The notes beneath the pieces were generated by a model, which was not told the DNA's origin, did no database searches, and worked only from the letters and a program-made list of their open reading frames with translations. From Prochlorococcus sp. AG-347-M23 (GTDB lineage: Bacteria > Cyanobacteriota > Cyanobacteriia > PCC-6307 > Cyanobiaceae), in assembly GCA_003278855.1 (NCBI GenBank), contig QCCU01000006.1, positions 1,578 to 65,577 of the forward strand: 64,000 nucleotides of DNA. Reading direction: 5' to 3'. Shown here piece by piece: positions 21,131 through 33,238 of this stretch; the stretch's first letter is position 1; every line of letters begins with the position of its first letter. The position numbers were made by a program, and so were the translations under genes.

Positions 21131-21730
21131 TTGAAAAATTCTGAAAGAAAGATAACTAATCATCTGCAACAAGATGTAGTCAAGGTATCTGGTAAAACAA
21201 TTTTTATTAACCCTTTTTTATATTGGCGGAGATTTGACGAAAATACTAATAGATGGCTCAGAGAACCTGGTCAAATGTCAGAGGATCAAATCTCACCAAA
21301 CAGGAACCGTTTTTATCCAGAAATAGAGTGGGCTGATTTAAGTCATGAGCAAAAGCTTATAAAAGATGCAACTGTTGAGATGTTTTTAAAAACTCTTGAA
21401 TTGATAAGTACATTTCATCCTTATCTTAGTTCCGGACAATTATTAGAAGTGGAGAGAAAAATGGCGATTATAAAAAAGATTCCTTTCGAAAAGTGGGTAA
21501 CAAAATCTTTCGCTAAAAAAGCGAGATTGCTAGAAAATGAAAAAAGAAAATTTCAAAGAGAAAGATTTTATAATAGCTGGAGTGAATGGTTCAGTCTAGT
21601 AAATACTCAACAAGCAATTTTGCCTTTAATCGTCACTATATTTATTTCATCATTTATTGGATGGTCTTTAGGGATATCAAAGAATAGTTGTAATCCTTAT
21701 TTTGAACAAAATATAGAACAATTAAATTAA
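21131..21730 (+). CDS. Conserved hypothetical protein with C-terminal TM helix
   Basis: 199-aa ORF with TTG start; INPFLYWRRFD; hydrophobic C-terminal segment. Confidence 0.8.
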   Translation: MKNSERKITNHLQQDVVKVSGKTIFINPFLYWRRFDENTNRWLREPGQMSEDQISPNRNRFYPEIEWADLSHEQKLIKDATVEMFLKTLELISTFHPYLSSGQLLEVERKMAIIKKIPFEKWVTKSFAKKARLLENEKRKFQRERFYNSWSEWFSLVNTQQAILPLIVTIFISSFIGWSLGISKNSCNPYFEQNIEQLN

Positions 21731-21838
21731 TTTCTTTTTGATCTTTTTTAAGTATCTAAGTTAATAAAATTTTGAAAAAATAAATTTATTATTTAGAATT
21801 CTATTAATGGAAATAAATGCCTAAAAAGTATAAGTTTT

Positions 21839-21982
21839 ATGAGTGAAAATTTAAGTTCACATAATATTGAAAATGATGATTGTAATATCTTCAATGAAGA
21901 TACTGATTATAAAGATTTAATCGTAAAACTTAAAGAAATAAAATCAACCATTGCTTCATTAGAAAAAAAAATATTTAAATAA
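21839..21982 (+). CDS. Small hypothetical protein (47 aa, not in ORF track)
   Basis: My translation MSENLSSHNIENDDCNIFNEDTDYKDLIVKLKEIKSTIASLEKKIFK; fills the gap before mrdA. Confidence 0.5.
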   Translation: MSENLSSHNIENDDCNIFNEDTDYKDLIVKLKEIKSTIASLEKKIFK

Positions 21983-21992
21983 ATTTAAATTT

Positions 21993-23783
21993 TTGATAAA
22001 AACAAGTCCTAAAAAAAAACTTATTTCATTAAAGAGACAACCTTTAGTCTTACTTATTTTTTCTTCTGTATCATTTTTATTGATTCTATGTAGGTTAATT
22101 TTTTTACAACTTTTAAATTATGAATCTTTTAAGAAGATGTCAGATGAGAATAGGATCAGACTTATTGCTTCACAGCCAATACGCGGAAGAATTCTAGATA
22201 AAAATGGTTATGTTTTAGCAGACAGTAGAGTTAAATATTCATTAATAATAAATCCTCAATCTGTTAATAAAAGCAATTGGGAAAAACATAAATCAAGTAT
22301 TTCTAATTTGTTAAATATTGATAGTAATGTAATTCAAAAAAAATACTCTGATGGTCTAAAAAATCAGAAACTTTCAGTAATTATTCTTGATGATTTAAAT
22401 GTTGATCAATTAATTAAATTTAAGGAGAATGAAGATAATTTAATTAGTTTTGAAATAGCTACCAAATTAATTAGAAATTATCCTTATAAAACCCTTGCTG
22501 CCCATGTAATTGGTTATACTCAGCCAATAACTGAATTAGAATATAAATTCTTATCTAAGAGTGGTTATAAATTAAATGACTTAATCGGTAGAACTGGAAT
22601 TGAATATGTTTACGAAGATTTTATAAGAGGTGAATGGGGTGGAGAAATGGTTGAAGTAAATTCATTAGGCAAATTTCAAAGGTCATTGGGTATAAGGCCC
22701 CCAGTACAAGGTAATGATATTGAACTAACAATTGACCTTAATTTGCAATTAGTTGCTGAGGAAGTTCTTAAAGATAAAAAAGCTGGAGCCATAATAGTAA
22801 TGGATCCAAGAGATGGTGCAATAAGAGCAATGACAAGTAAACCTACTTTTGATTTAAATTTTTTCTCAAAGGATTTTAAACCTGAGAAAGAATATAATAA
22901 ACTTTTTAATTCTCCTGAAAAACCTTTATTTAATAGAGCATTAAATGCCTACGATCCAGGAAGCGTTTGGAAAATTGTAACGGCTTTAGCTGGCTTGGAA
23001 AGTGGAAAATTCCCTAAAGAAACCATGTTAGATACGAAACCATGTATAACTTATGGGAGCCAATGTTTTAGAGAGCATAATGACTTAGGCTTTGGGACAA
23101 TAGGTTATGAAGATGCCTTAAGAGTTTCTAGTAATACATTTTTTTATCAAGTAGGTTATGGAGTAGGAGTTGATGAAATTTATAAGGTCTCACGAAAGCT
23201 TGGTTTTAATTCTTTATCTGGAATAGAAATTTCTGAACAAGAAAATATAGGATTAGTAGCTAGCAGTGAATGGGCTAAAGAAGGCAGAGGATGGGGGCAA
23301 CCAGGAAGAACTCCTTGGGTTCCAGAAGATATTGCTAGTATGTCTATTGGACAATTTGTTGTACAAGTTACCCCTATTCAAATAGCTAGAGCATATGCTG
23401 CAATTGCAAATGGAGGTTATCTAGTGACCCCACATTTGACTAAAAAAGGTGCAGAAAGTCTTTTAGATAAAAAACGTATTCCAATTGACATTGAAACACA
23501 AAATATTCAGTTGATAAAAAGTGGTCTCAGGAAAGTAGTCGAGTCTGGCACAGGAGTATCAATTAATTATGGAGTTTCAAATTTACCTCCAGTCTCAGGT
23601 AAAACTGGAACTGCTGAAGATGGTGAAGGCGGATTGGATCACGCTTGGTTCGTTTGCTTTACTCCCTCTGAAAAAAGCGAATTACTTATAGTTGCTTTTG
23701 CACAAAATACTCCTGGTGGAGGATCTGTTCATGCACTGCCTATGGCTAGAGAAATTTTGAAAGTTTGGAATGAAAAAGAATGA
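21993..23783 (+). CDS. mrdA: Penicillin-binding protein 2
   Basis: N-terminal TM, RGRILD dimerisation domain, PGSVWK (SxxK), SSN, KTGT. Confidence 0.94.
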   Translation: MIKTSPKKKLISLKRQPLVLLIFSSVSFLLILCRLIFLQLLNYESFKKMSDENRIRLIASQPIRGRILDKNGYVLADSRVKYSLIINPQSVNKSNWEKHKSSISNLLNIDSNVIQKKYSDGLKNQKLSVIILDDLNVDQLIKFKENEDNLISFEIATKLIRNYPYKTLAAHVIGYTQPITELEYKFLSKSGYKLNDLIGRTGIEYVYEDFIRGEWGGEMVEVNSLGKFQRSLGIRPPVQGNDIELTIDLNLQLVAEEVLKDKKAGAIIVMDPRDGAIRAMTSKPTFDLNFFSKDFKPEKEYNKLFNSPEKPLFNRALNAYDPGSVWKIVTALAGLESGKFPKETMLDTKPCITYGSQCFREHNDLGFGTIGYEDALRVSSNTFFYQVGYGVGVDEIYKVSRKLGFNSLSGIEISEQENIGLVASSEWAKEGRGWGQPGRTPWVPEDIASMSIGQFVVQVTPIQIARAYAAIANGGYLVTPHLTKKGAESLLDKKRIPIDIETQNIQLIKSGLRKVVESGTGVSINYGVSNLPPVSGKTGTAEDGEGGLDHAWFVCFTPSEKSELLIVAFAQNTPGGGSVHALPMAREILKVWNEKE

Positions 23784-23805
23784 AATTTTATTAGGTTTTA
23801 AATGT

Positions 23806-24330
23806 TTATGTTTTTAGTTTTTTCATTTGTAAAAGTCTTTGAATAATATCTTCAATAGTTTTTGTATCTATAGGTTTACTATATGAGGACAAAAGTTGTC
23901 TTCCTAGTACTTGACTTCCTAAATGCACTAATTGAATTCGTAATGAGGTAAGTAGTTCTAACCCTATGCCACCAGAAAATGTTGCAATTGCAATCGGTTG
24001 ACCATTAAATAAATTCCTAAAGTCATCTCCAGAAATAGAAAGCCATGCTATGAAGTTGGAGAGAATGGGAGGTATAGATCCATTATATTCAGGAGCACAA
24101 ATCACCCACCTTTCAATCTTGAAAAGCTTTTTTTTTAAATCTTTTATTTCATTGGGAATATTTTCTTTGCTGTGAATTCTTGGATTAAATAATGGAATAT
24201 CAAGGGTGGTAAGATCTAAAATTTCAGAACTTATTTTAAGTTCATTACTTTTTTCAAGAAATTTTTCAGAAAGTTCTAGATTTTTACCACAACTAGCCGT
24301 AATGATTATTAGATCTTTTGTTTCAGTCAT
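23806..24330 (-). CDS. NADPH-dependent FMN reductase
   Basis: Flavodoxin-like fold, APEYNGSIP motif. Confidence 0.88.
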   Translation of the reverse strand: MTETKDLIIITASCGKNLELSEKFLEKSNELKISSEILDLTTLDIPLFNPRIHSKENIPNEIKDLKKKLFKIERWVICAPEYNGSIPPILSNFIAWLSISGDDFRNLFNGQPIAIATFSGGIGLELLTSLRIQLVHLGSQVLGRQLLSSYSKPIDTKTIEDIIQRLLQMKKLKT

Positions 24331-24347
24331 AAATTAGATAAATAAAT

Positions 24348-26150
24348 TTAATAGTTAGCACCTGTTTTGCGGTGATGAACTGCCGTTAGACTATCGGATT
24401 TTAGTATATTACCGTGTTGTACTTCGGCGTAAATTACCCAATGATCCCCACATTCCATTCTTTCTTTGACAGAAGCATCTAACCAAGCGAGCGATTCAGG
24501 AATGATTATCTGCTCATTAGGAGTTAATTCAATATTTATGCCTTCAAATCTATCTTCTCCAGGTGCAAAGGGCTTTGTGAATCTTTTCAAAGGTTCTTTA
24601 AAATCTTTTTCACTAAGAATATTTAATGCGAATGAATCTCCTATTTGCAGAAGAGACTCTACTGATCTATCTTTTGCTACTGCAATACTTAACCCGGGCG
24701 GAGAAAAACTTGCTTGACTAACCCAAGATGCAAGCATAGCTCCTTTAATATTATTCTCATCTTTGCCTTTAGAGGCTGTAAGGACACAAAGAGAACCAAT
24801 TACTCTTCCAAGAGCTTGCAGCTTTGGATCAGTTTTGCTTGTAATCATTCCAGTATCTGATTTTCTGGGTTTTTTCTTTGCTTTTTTTATGATTTTTCTT
24901 CCAAAGTGAGTTCCTATTTCTTCTAATTCTTTAATCTTTGGTTTATTTGGACTGAATTTAATCCTTATAGGGTCAAAACTAAACTTAAAACCACCGTCTT
25001 TTAATTTTGTTTCAAGTAAATCTATAGCTTCGCCGCTCCAGCCAAAACTCCCAAAAATTCCCACTGGCTTATCTCTACTACCCTCTGCTAACAATGTTCC
25101 TAGTGCACTAACTATTGGAGTTGGGGCGTGACCACCCAATGTTGGTGAGCCTATTAAATATCCATCAGCATTTTGGATAGATTTTACAAGTACATCATTA
25201 GGTGTAAATTCACAATTAATACTTTCAACTTCTACAGAAGTTCTATTTATCCCTTTGGCCAATGCATCACCTATTGAGGCTGTATTTCCATATGCACTTG
25301 CATATATCAGGGCGATCTTAGGATTATTTGTTGAGAGATTCTCTCCCCATCTAATATAGTCATTTAAAAAGCTTTTTAAGCTGTATTCGATCGCGGGACC
25401 ATGTAATGGTGCAATAGTTTTAATGTCATAATCTGAAATTTTTTCAGTTATTGATACTACTTGATTAGACATTGGTGCCATCAAGCAATCATAAAAATGT
25501 TTCCTATCAATTTCTGTACTAACTCGATTCGTTTCAGACCAATATTTAGTTGCAATGTGTGCAGAGAAAATTTTTTCACTAAGAAGTATTTCTTGATTAC
25601 GTTCATAAATTATTAGGCCACCAGGCCAACGTGCTGTTGGTATAGGAATTAACTCAAGTGAAATGTTATCTAATTCTAAATTATGTTCTTTTTTGATTAT
25701 GTTTATTTCAGGTAATTGAATTTCAATAAAGTTTTCTAAGGTAGGATTTCTTTGATTCCAAAGTTCGCTAATAAGTTTATAACCTGGATTAGAGCAAGTA
25801 ATAGTTGTGCTTTGAAATTGGGTACTTATATTTTTTATAGTTTCAATAATTTGGGGATTAATATGACCAGAAATGAAGTTGATTTTATCTAATTTAAATT
25901 GATCGCAAAACCTGGAAATTACTTTATTAAAGGTATTTAAATATTGTTTTTCAGGTGGATGAATAATAAAAAGTTCCTCATGACTTCTAATGAAAAAAGT
26001 ATTAAAAGAGGTTCCTTTCTCAAGGTTAAATTCAAGTTCAAATCTTTCTTTATTTTGGTCTAAGAATCTTACACAAGAAAAATTTTCAGTAATTTCAAAT
26101 TCTGATAAATTTTGATTTTCTGCAACTAAGCCTATATTAATATCTGACAT
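24348..26150 (-). CDS. flv1: Flavodiiron protein, Flv1-like (non-canonical iron ligands)
   Basis: Beta-lactamase-like + flavodoxin (SAYGNT) + flavin reductase (ASWVSQASFSPPG) domains; GHINPQ replaces HxExDH. Confidence 0.85.
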   Translation of the reverse strand: MSDINIGLVAENQNLSEFEITENFSCVRFLDQNKERFELEFNLEKGTSFNTFFIRSHEELFIIHPPEKQYLNTFNKVISRFCDQFKLDKINFISGHINPQIIETIKNISTQFQSTTITCSNPGYKLISELWNQRNPTLENFIEIQLPEINIIKKEHNLELDNISLELIPIPTARWPGGLIIYERNQEILLSEKIFSAHIATKYWSETNRVSTEIDRKHFYDCLMAPMSNQVVSITEKISDYDIKTIAPLHGPAIEYSLKSFLNDYIRWGENLSTNNPKIALIYASAYGNTASIGDALAKGINRTSVEVESINCEFTPNDVLVKSIQNADGYLIGSPTLGGHAPTPIVSALGTLLAEGSRDKPVGIFGSFGWSGEAIDLLETKLKDGGFKFSFDPIRIKFSPNKPKIKELEEIGTHFGRKIIKKAKKKPRKSDTGMITSKTDPKLQALGRVIGSLCVLTASKGKDENNIKGAMLASWVSQASFSPPGLSIAVAKDRSVESLLQIGDSFALNILSEKDFKEPLKRFTKPFAPGEDRFEGINIELTPNEQIIIPESLAWLDASVKERMECGDHWVIYAEVQHGNILKSDSLTAVHHRKTGANY

Positions 26151-26166
26151 TTCAAAGACTTATTTT

Positions 26167-27942
26167 CTAATAGTGATTAGCAACTTTTCTGTGATGAACT
26201 GCTGTCTTACATGATAAGTCAGAAACATTACCATTTTCAACAATTCCGTAAATTATCCAATGGTCTGGAGTCTCTAGTCTTGAACTGACTTTACAATCTA
26301 AAAAGGCGAGTGAATCTGAGAGAACAGGTCCTCCTTCAGCGATGTTGCTAATTATATCTACATCCGCAAATCTATCAGCTCCAGGGGCAAATCTTTTTAA
26401 AAAATGTCTGAACATTTTTTGATAGTTATCTTCTCTCAAGATATTCACAACAAAACCTTTACCAACTTGCATATATGATTCAATAGCTCTATCTTTTGCT
26501 ACTGCAACTGTAATACCTGGTGGTGAAAAGCTTGCTTGACTAACCCAACTTGCGACCATTGCACTTTGTCTAAATGTCGAACCTTCCCCTTGACTAGCTG
26601 TTACTACATATAATCCTCCACTTAATCTACCTAACGCTTTATCTAAATTTGAATCAAGGCTCTTCATAGAGGCAATATTCTTCTTTTTATTGATCAATTG
26701 ACCCAAATCAGTTCCAGCTTCTTCGAATTGTTGATAAACAATCGGATCTGGAATATTTTTAACTCTTAAGGGAGAAAAAGCTTCTTTTTGACCAAGTTCT
26801 CTTAATTTATTTGCTAAGGAATCTATAGGTTCATCATTTCCACCAAATGCATCATAAACTGCAGTAAATTGTTTTGGTTTTAGTGCTGCAAATAAAGTAC
26901 CGAGAGATTCTTTTAATTCATTATCTGAGTCTACAGGCCATGTGGGAATAACTACTGCTTTTGATTCGGAAATTAAACTTGTTAATTCTTGCGGGTCAGA
27001 AGATCTTAAATCTATTAATTGAACCTGTGCATCTGCTTTACTTATTCCATGAGATATCGCTTGACTGAGTCGGTCACAATAACCATAGTCACTTATGTAG
27101 CAGACTGACACAAAATCATTGCCTTTGCTTTTATTGCTACTCCATTCTAGATATTTTCCTTTCCAAAAATTGACCTGATTATGGAGCAAAGGCCCATGAC
27201 CAACAGCTATTGTTTTTAATTCAGGTAGTTTATCTATTCTTTTAATTGCCTGCATAACGCTTCTAGCGTTTGGACCCATAAGGCAATCGTAATAAAAACG
27301 GAAATCATCGTATATTTCTTTTTGATCAGTGTCAAAAAATTCGTCAGAACAATAATGGAGTCCAAAAGCATCGCATGTATAGAGAACATTTGTGCTGTGA
27401 TCATATGAAAATATGGTATCTGGCCAATGCAAATTTGGTGCACTTATAAATTCAATATTATGTTCTAAACCACTATTAGGATTAGTTCCGAGATTTAAAA
27501 ACTCCCCACTCTTAACCTCTAGACGTTTAAAGGGAATATGTATTTGGTCTTCAATAAATTTAAGTGCTAATTTTGATCCAACTACTGTGATATTTTGGTT
27601 TAACTCTAAAAGATTACCTATTAAACCAGAATGATCAGGTTCTGTATGGCTAGTGATTAGATAATCAACTTCTTGCGGATTTACCTTTTTCTGTAATTCT
27701 TCAAGCCATAATTCTTCGAACTTTGCGTGACTAGTATCAATGATTGCTAGTTTCTCGCCTTTAATAATAAAACTATTGTAAGTAGTTCCATTTCTTAAAC
27801 CAAATTCAATATCAAATCTACTGCGATCCCAATCCAAAGATCTTATGGCACAAGAATCATCAGCAAAGTTTTGAGATTGAACCGTCAACTTGTTATTAGT
27901 TTGTGCCAATTTAGAATTACTTGTCTGGGCAGAGGCTATCAT
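26167..27942 (-). CDS. flv3: Flavodiiron protein, Flv3-like (canonical iron ligands)
   Basis: SHTEPDHSG, HWPD, CDAFG, GHG di-iron ligands; C-terminal flavin reductase domain. Confidence 0.88.
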   Translation of the reverse strand: MIASAQTSNSKLAQTNNKLTVQSQNFADDSCAIRSLDWDRSRFDIEFGLRNGTTYNSFIIKGEKLAIIDTSHAKFEELWLEELQKKVNPQEVDYLITSHTEPDHSGLIGNLLELNQNITVVGSKLALKFIEDQIHIPFKRLEVKSGEFLNLGTNPNSGLEHNIEFISAPNLHWPDTIFSYDHSTNVLYTCDAFGLHYCSDEFFDTDQKEIYDDFRFYYDCLMGPNARSVMQAIKRIDKLPELKTIAVGHGPLLHNQVNFWKGKYLEWSSNKSKGNDFVSVCYISDYGYCDRLSQAISHGISKADAQVQLIDLRSSDPQELTSLISESKAVVIPTWPVDSDNELKESLGTLFAALKPKQFTAVYDAFGGNDEPIDSLANKLRELGQKEAFSPLRVKNIPDPIVYQQFEEAGTDLGQLINKKKNIASMKSLDSNLDKALGRLSGGLYVVTASQGEGSTFRQSAMVASWVSQASFSPPGITVAVAKDRAIESYMQVGKGFVVNILREDNYQKMFRHFLKRFAPGADRFADVDIISNIAEGGPVLSDSLAFLDCKVSSRLETPDHWIIYGIVENGNVSDLSCKTAVHHRKVANHY

Positions 27943-28061
27943 AGAATAATTAGCTTTATAAATTAACTTTAGTTATATAGAATATAAATTCGCGTGATTA
28001 TCTTTGCGAAATAACCGAAATTACGCTTTTATTTAATTTTTAATCTTCTTATTCTGGATAA

Positions 28062-30722
28062 ATGACATCTCAATTAATTAAAAAAATAGTTACTGGAGAT
28101 GAGATAAGAAATGCTTTTTTAAAATTTTACAGTGAAAAATTACATAAAATCATTCCAAGTGCATCTTTGATTCCAGATGACCCTACGGTTATGCTCACAA
28201 TTGCTGGAATGCTACCTTTTAAACCAGTTTTTTTAGGTTTAAAAGAAAGACCATCAAAAAGGGCTACATCTAGCCAAAAGTGCATCAGAACAAACGATAT
28301 AGAAAACGTTGGAGTTACAGCTAGACACCACACTTTTTTTGAAATGCTTGGTAACTTCTCTTTTGGAGATTATTTTAAACGAGAGGCTATTCAATGGGCT
28401 TGGGAATTAGTTACTAATATTTATCAACTTTCTGTTGAAAATATAATTGTGAGTGTTTTTCACGAAGACGAAGAGTCTGCAAAAATTTGGAGAGATGAAA
28501 TTGGTATTCATCCAGATAGGATAGTCAAACTGGGTGAGGAAGATAATTTTTGGTCATCTGGTAAAACAGGTCCATGTGGACCTTGTTCAGAACTTTATTA
28601 TGATTTTCATCCTGAAAAGGGTCTGCAGAATATTGATTTAGAAGATGGAGATCGTTTTATTGAATTTTATAATCTTGTTTTTATGCAATATAATCGTGAT
28701 CCCAATGGAAAATTGACAGATTTAAAATTTAAAAATATTGATACAGGAATGGGTCTTGAAAGGATGGCTCAAATACTTCAAAAAAAGCAAAATAATTTTG
28801 AGACAGATTTAATTTTTCCTATTATTCAAAAAATTTGTGAGATTGCAAATATTGATTATTTTTCTTCAGATGATAAAAACAAAATTTCTTTAAAAATCAT
28901 TGGTGATCATACAAGAGCTGTTATTCATTTAATTTCTGATGGAGTATCAGCAAGTAATCTCGGTAGGGGATATATATTAAGAAGGCTTATTAGAAGAATG
29001 GTCAGACATGGCAGATTATTAGGTATAACAAATGAATTTTTACCTCATATTGCTACTGTCGGAATTAACTTAATGCAAAATAATTATCCTGATTTAAAAA
29101 ATAATAATGATTTAATTTTGAATGAGATAAAAATTGAAGAAATAAGATTTAGGGAAACTCTTGAAAGAGGAGAAAAATTGCTAGATGAGTTAATTTCTTC
29201 AGGGCAGAAATTAATTTCTGGTTTTAAAGCTTTTGAACTTTATGATACTTATGGATTTCCTCTAGAACTTACTGTAGAAATTGCTGAAGAACATAGTATC
29301 AGTGTAGATGTAAAGGGTTTTGAAGAAGAAATGAATGTACAAAAAGAGAGAGCTAAAGCTGCTTCAAGTAATATTGATTTGACATTAGAGGGATCATTAG
29401 AGCGAGAAATAGATCTTTTTAACAAAACTGTTTTTAATGGTTACAAGTCACTCCTTTCGGAAGCTGAAATAAAGGGTATATTCTTGGATTCAACATTAGT
29501 TAAGGAAGCAAGTGAAGGTCAGAAAGTTTTAATTGTTCTTGATCAGACAACTTTTTATGGAGAATCTGGCGGGCAAGTTGGTGATATTGGAACGATATTT
29601 TCAAACGATGTTGAGGTCTTGGTTGATAATGTCATGCGAAAGAAAAATGTTTTTTTACATTATGGAACGATCAAAAAAGGAAAATTAACTATTGGACAAA
29701 AAGTTAAGACTAATGTTAGCTCCTCTAATAGAGCTAAGGCTGCTGCAAATCATACAGCTACTCATTTATTACAATCTGCACTTAAATCAGTTATTAATGA
29801 AAGTGTTGGACAGAAAGGTTCATTAGTAGCCTTTAATAAATTACGATTTGACTTTAATTCCTCTAATCCTATTTCTAAAGATCAAATTTCTAAGATTGAG
29901 ACTTTAGTTAACTCTTGGATTATGGAAAATCATGCCCTAGAAATAAAAAATATGACTAAGAATGAGGCTCTTGAAAAGGGCGCAGTTGCCATGTTCGGAG
30001 AAAAATATGATGATGAAGTGCGCGTCGTTAATGTGCCAGGAGTTTCAATGGAACTTTGTGGTGGTACACATGTTAAAACTACATCCGAATTAGGTTCTTT
30101 CAAAATAATTAGTGAGGAAGGAATCTCAGCCGGAGTAAGAAGAATCGAAGCATTATCAGGTCAATCAGCATTAGACTATTTCAGTGATAGAAATGCTTTA
30201 GTAAACCAACTAAGTGATTTGTTAAAAGCAAATCCTAATCAACTTTTTGAAAGGGTTAATAATTTGCAAGCAGAACTCATTAATAAGAATAAAGAGATAC
30301 AAAAAATGAAAGATGAAATTGCATATTTTAAATACTCTTCTATAAAATCATCCGCAGAAATGGTAAATTCTTTTTCAATTTTAGTAAATCAGATTGATGG
30401 CTTAGATGGGAATTCTTTGCAATCTGCAGCACTTAATTTAACTTCTCATTTGGGAAATAAAGCAATAGTGATTCTTGGGGGAATACCAAATCCAGAAAAT
30501 AGCAAGTTGTTATTTGTAGTTTCTTTAGGTGGTGATGCAGTAAAAATAGGATTGCATGCAGGTAAATTAATTAATGAGATTGCAAGAATTTGTTCGGGAG
30601 GTGGTGGAGGAAAGCCTAACTTTGCTCAAGCAGGTGCTAAAGATATTGATAAGTTAAGTGATGCTTTAGATTATGCTAAAAATTATTTGCAAAAAACATT
30701 AGCTAGTCATTCTGATAAATAA
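28062..30722 (+). CDS. alaS: Alanine--tRNA ligase
   Basis: [43 protein letters not shown]. Confidence 0.98.
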   Translation: MTSQLIKKIVTGDEIRNAFLKFYSEKLHKIIPSASLIPDDPTVMLTIAGMLPFKPVFLGLKERPSKRATSSQKCIRTNDIENVGVTARHHTFFEMLGNFSFGDYFKREAIQWAWELVTNIYQLSVENIIVSVFHEDEESAKIWRDEIGIHPDRIVKLGEEDNFWSSGKTGPCGPCSELYYDFHPEKGLQNIDLEDGDRFIEFYNLVFMQYNRDPNGKLTDLKFKNIDTGMGLERMAQILQKKQNNFETDLIFPIIQKICEIANIDYFSSDDKNKISLKIIGDHTRAVIHLISDGVSASNLGRGYILRRLIRRMVRHGRLLGITNEFLPHIATVGINLMQNNYPDLKNNNDLILNEIKIEEIRFRETLERGEKLLDELISSGQKLISGFKAFELYDTYGFPLELTVEIAEEHSISVDVKGFEEEMNVQKERAKAASSNIDLTLEGSLEREIDLFNKTVFNGYKSLLSEAEIKGIFLDSTLVKEASEGQKVLIVLDQTTFYGESGGQVGDIGTIFSNDVEVLVDNVMRKKNVFLHYGTIKKGKLTIGQKVKTNVSSSNRAKAAANHTATHLLQSALKSVINESVGQKGSLVAFNKLRFDFNSSNPISKDQISKIETLVNSWIMENHALEIKNMTKNEALEKGAVAMFGEKYDDEVRVVNVPGVSMELCGGTHVKTTSELGSFKIISEEGISAGVRRIEALSGQSALDYFSDRNALVNQLSDLLKANPNQLFERVNNLQAELINKNKEIQKMKDEIAYFKYSSIKSSAEMVNSFSILVNQIDGLDGNSLQSAALNLTSHLGNKAIVILGGIPNPENSKLLFVVSLGGDAVKIGLHAGKLINEIARICSGGGGGKPNFAQAGAKDIDKLSDALDYAKNYLQKTLASHSDK

Positions 30723-32653
30723 CTACTTTTTCTGAGACTAATTTCGATTTGATCCATTAATTTTCTTGCTTCTTCAATAGTTAATTTTTTGTGATCAATT
30801 GCTGATTCAGTATTAATTCTTATAGATTCAACCAAAGAAGCTGAACTGTAATCTAATAATTGTAAAATTTCAGATTTACTGTCCTCTTTAATAATATTTC
30901 TGACCTTATATGAATTATCTTGATTTATGTCTATATGAACAACGTTGGTACAGCCAAATAAATTGTGCAAGTTTCCTAATGCTTCTTGATAGGCTCCAGT
31001 CATAAAAATTCCAATTAGGTAATCTTTATCTTTTTCTGGCTTATGCAAATTTAGTAGTGATTTAATTTTTCCATTATCAATAAAATTATTCAGTTTCCCA
31101 TCTGAATCACAAGTTAAATCTGCAAAGTTGCCTTTGCAGAACGGCTCCTCTAAGTGCCTATGTATTGGTACTATTGGAAAAATCTGATTTATTGCCCAGC
31201 TATCAGGAATAGATTTAAAGATAGATAAATTTGCATAATAAGTTGATGCAAGAGTTTCTGTAATTTCAGATAAATCGGGGTGATTGATTTCATCATTATT
31301 AAGGTTATTAGAAATTTCTTTTGCGCAAGCCCAAGTAAGTTCTTCGGCATAAGCTCTTTCTGCCAAACTTAAAAATCCTAATCTAAAAGCGACTAAGCAA
31401 TCTTCTTTAAACTTTTTTGCATCATTCCATAGTTCAATTATTTGAGATAAATTTATTTTTTTATTTTTAAGTTTTTTTAATTCATAGAAAGTATCAAGTA
31501 AATTTGAAATTATTAATTGTTGATTTTTTTTATCAAAAATTTGTAGTTTGGAACTGACATGACTTGTTCCTAAGACATTAAAAATTAAAACTGAACAATG
31601 ACTAATTATTGCTCTTCCACTTTCTGAGATTATGGTTGGATGCTTGATATTATTTAATTCACATGAATCCTTAATAGTTGCAACTACATCGTTAGCATAA
31701 TTTTGGAGAGAATAATTAGTAGAAGTGTTGGAGGAGGTTTTAGTTCCATCAAAATCTATTCCTAATCCACCCCCAACGTCGATATATTGCATTGGGGCTC
31801 CTAGTTTGCATAGTTCAACATATATTTGACTCGCTTCTTGTAATGCGTCTTTGATCACAGCAATATCACTTATTTGACTGCCTATATGAAAATGGAGCAA
31901 TTTCATTTCGTTGATAAGATTTGCTTTTTTTAGTTCTTTTATTGTCAACATAATTTCTGGGATTGATAATCCAAATTTGGAATTATCTCCAATAGATTTA
32001 CCCCACCTACCACTACTTTTACTTGATAACTTTGCTCTAATTCCTATCAATGGAGTCGCGTTAAGTTCTTGAACTGCTTGAATAATTCTTTTTACCTCAT
32101 CTCGTTGTTCAATAACTATTATTGGATTTTTGCCGAGTTTTCTGGCCAAAGTAGCGATCTCAATATATTTTTTATCTTTATATCCGTTGCATATTAATAA
32201 TGAATTTTGGTTTTCAAGAAGTGCAAGGCCAATTAATAGTTCTGATTTGCTTCCTACTTCTAAACCAAAATTCCATTGACTACCAAACTCTATTATCTTT
32301 TCTAGGACATTTTTCTGTTGATTACATTTGACAGGAAAAACGCCTTGATAAATATTCTTATATTTATAGGTTTTTATTGCTTTTAAAAAAGAGTCATGTA
32401 ATGCATCTATTCGATCTTTCAAGATATCATTAAATCTTATGATTAATGGAGGATTTATTTCTCTACTCTTAAGTTCTTTGACAAGCTTAAAAAGATCAAT
32501 CTTATTTTCAGATTTTATATCTTTAGTTACTGATATATTTCCTTTGGAATTTATAGAAAAATATTTATCTCCCCACTTGTCTATGCTATAAGTCGCAATA
32601 CTATCTTTAATAGTCCAAATATTTTTTAATTTTTTCGGCTCAAAATTGGTCAA
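30707..32653 (-). CDS. speA: Biosynthetic arginine decarboxylase
   Basis: [35 protein letters not shown]. Confidence 0.96.
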   Translation of the reverse strand: MTNFEPKKLKNIWTIKDSIATYSIDKWGDKYFSINSKGNISVTKDIKSENKIDLFKLVKELKSREINPPLIIRFNDILKDRIDALHDSFLKAIKTYKYKNIYQGVFPVKCNQQKNVLEKIIEFGSQWNFGLEVGSKSELLIGLALLENQNSLLICNGYKDKKYIEIATLARKLGKNPIIVIEQRDEVKRIIQAVQELNATPLIGIRAKLSSKSSGRWGKSIGDNSKFGLSIPEIMLTIKELKKANLINEMKLLHFHIGSQISDIAVIKDALQEASQIYVELCKLGAPMQYIDVGGGLGIDFDGTKTSSNTSTNYSLQNYANDVVATIKDSCELNNIKHPTIISESGRAIISHCSVLIFNVLGTSHVSSKLQIFDKKNQQLIISNLLDTFYELKKLKNKKINLSQIIELWNDAKKFKEDCLVAFRLGFLSLAERAYAEELTWACAKEISNNLNNDEINHPDLSEITETLASTYYANLSIFKSIPDSWAINQIFPIVPIHRHLEEPFCKGNFADLTCDSDGKLNNFIDNGKIKSLLNLHKPEKDKDYLIGIFMTGAYQEALGNLHNLFGCTNVVHIDINQDNSYKVRNIIKEDSKSEILQLLDYSSASLVESIRINTESAIDHKKLTIEEARKLMDQIEISLRKSSYLSE

Positions 32654-32776
32654 TTTATGTCTTGGTAATTAATAAATGTTTTTGAAAAATAACTCAAAAT
32701 AATATCTTTTATTTTAATGATTACTTGCCAAGTTACCACCCAAAAGTTGAATATACATAGAGTGATTATTAACTAA

Positions 32777-33235
32777 ATGACTAAAGAGAGAACCTTTATT
32801 GCAATTAAACCTGATGGAGTTCAAAGAGGATGTGTTTCTGAGATTATTGGCAGATTTGAAAAAAAAGGATTTAAATTGGTTGGATTAAAGCAATTAATTC
32901 CTTCAAAAGAACTTGCTCAAAATCATTATGGAGTACATAGAGAAAGACCTTTTTTTGGTGATTTAGTAGACTTTATTTCAAGTGGTCCTGTTGTAGCAAT
33001 GGTGTGGGAAGGCGAAGGAGTTATTTTGAGTGCTAGAAAACTAATAGGTGCAACAAAACCACTGGAAGCAGAGCCTGGAACAATTAGAGGTGATTTAGCT
33101 ATTGATATTGGGAGGAATATTATTCATGGTTCTGATGGAGAAGATACAGCAAAATTTGAAATTGATCTATGGTTTAACGAAGAGGAACTATGTGAGTGGG
33201 AAACTTCTGATTCGAAATGGCGATCTGAAAATTAA
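32777..33235 (+). CDS. ndk: Nucleoside-diphosphate kinase
   Basis: AIKPDG, GTIRGD, NIIHGSD. Confidence 0.98.
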   Translation: MTKERTFIAIKPDGVQRGCVSEIIGRFEKKGFKLVGLKQLIPSKELAQNHYGVHRERPFFGDLVDFISSGPVVAMVWEGEGVILSARKLIGATKPLEAEPGTIRGDLAIDIGRNIIHGSDGEDTAKFEIDLWFNEEELCEWETSDSKWRSEN

Positions 33236-33238
33236 AAT

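Noticed and set aside
27989-28010. TTCGC-N12-GCGAA inverted repeat between flv3 and alaS
   Set aside because: Short, with no match to a regulator motif I can name
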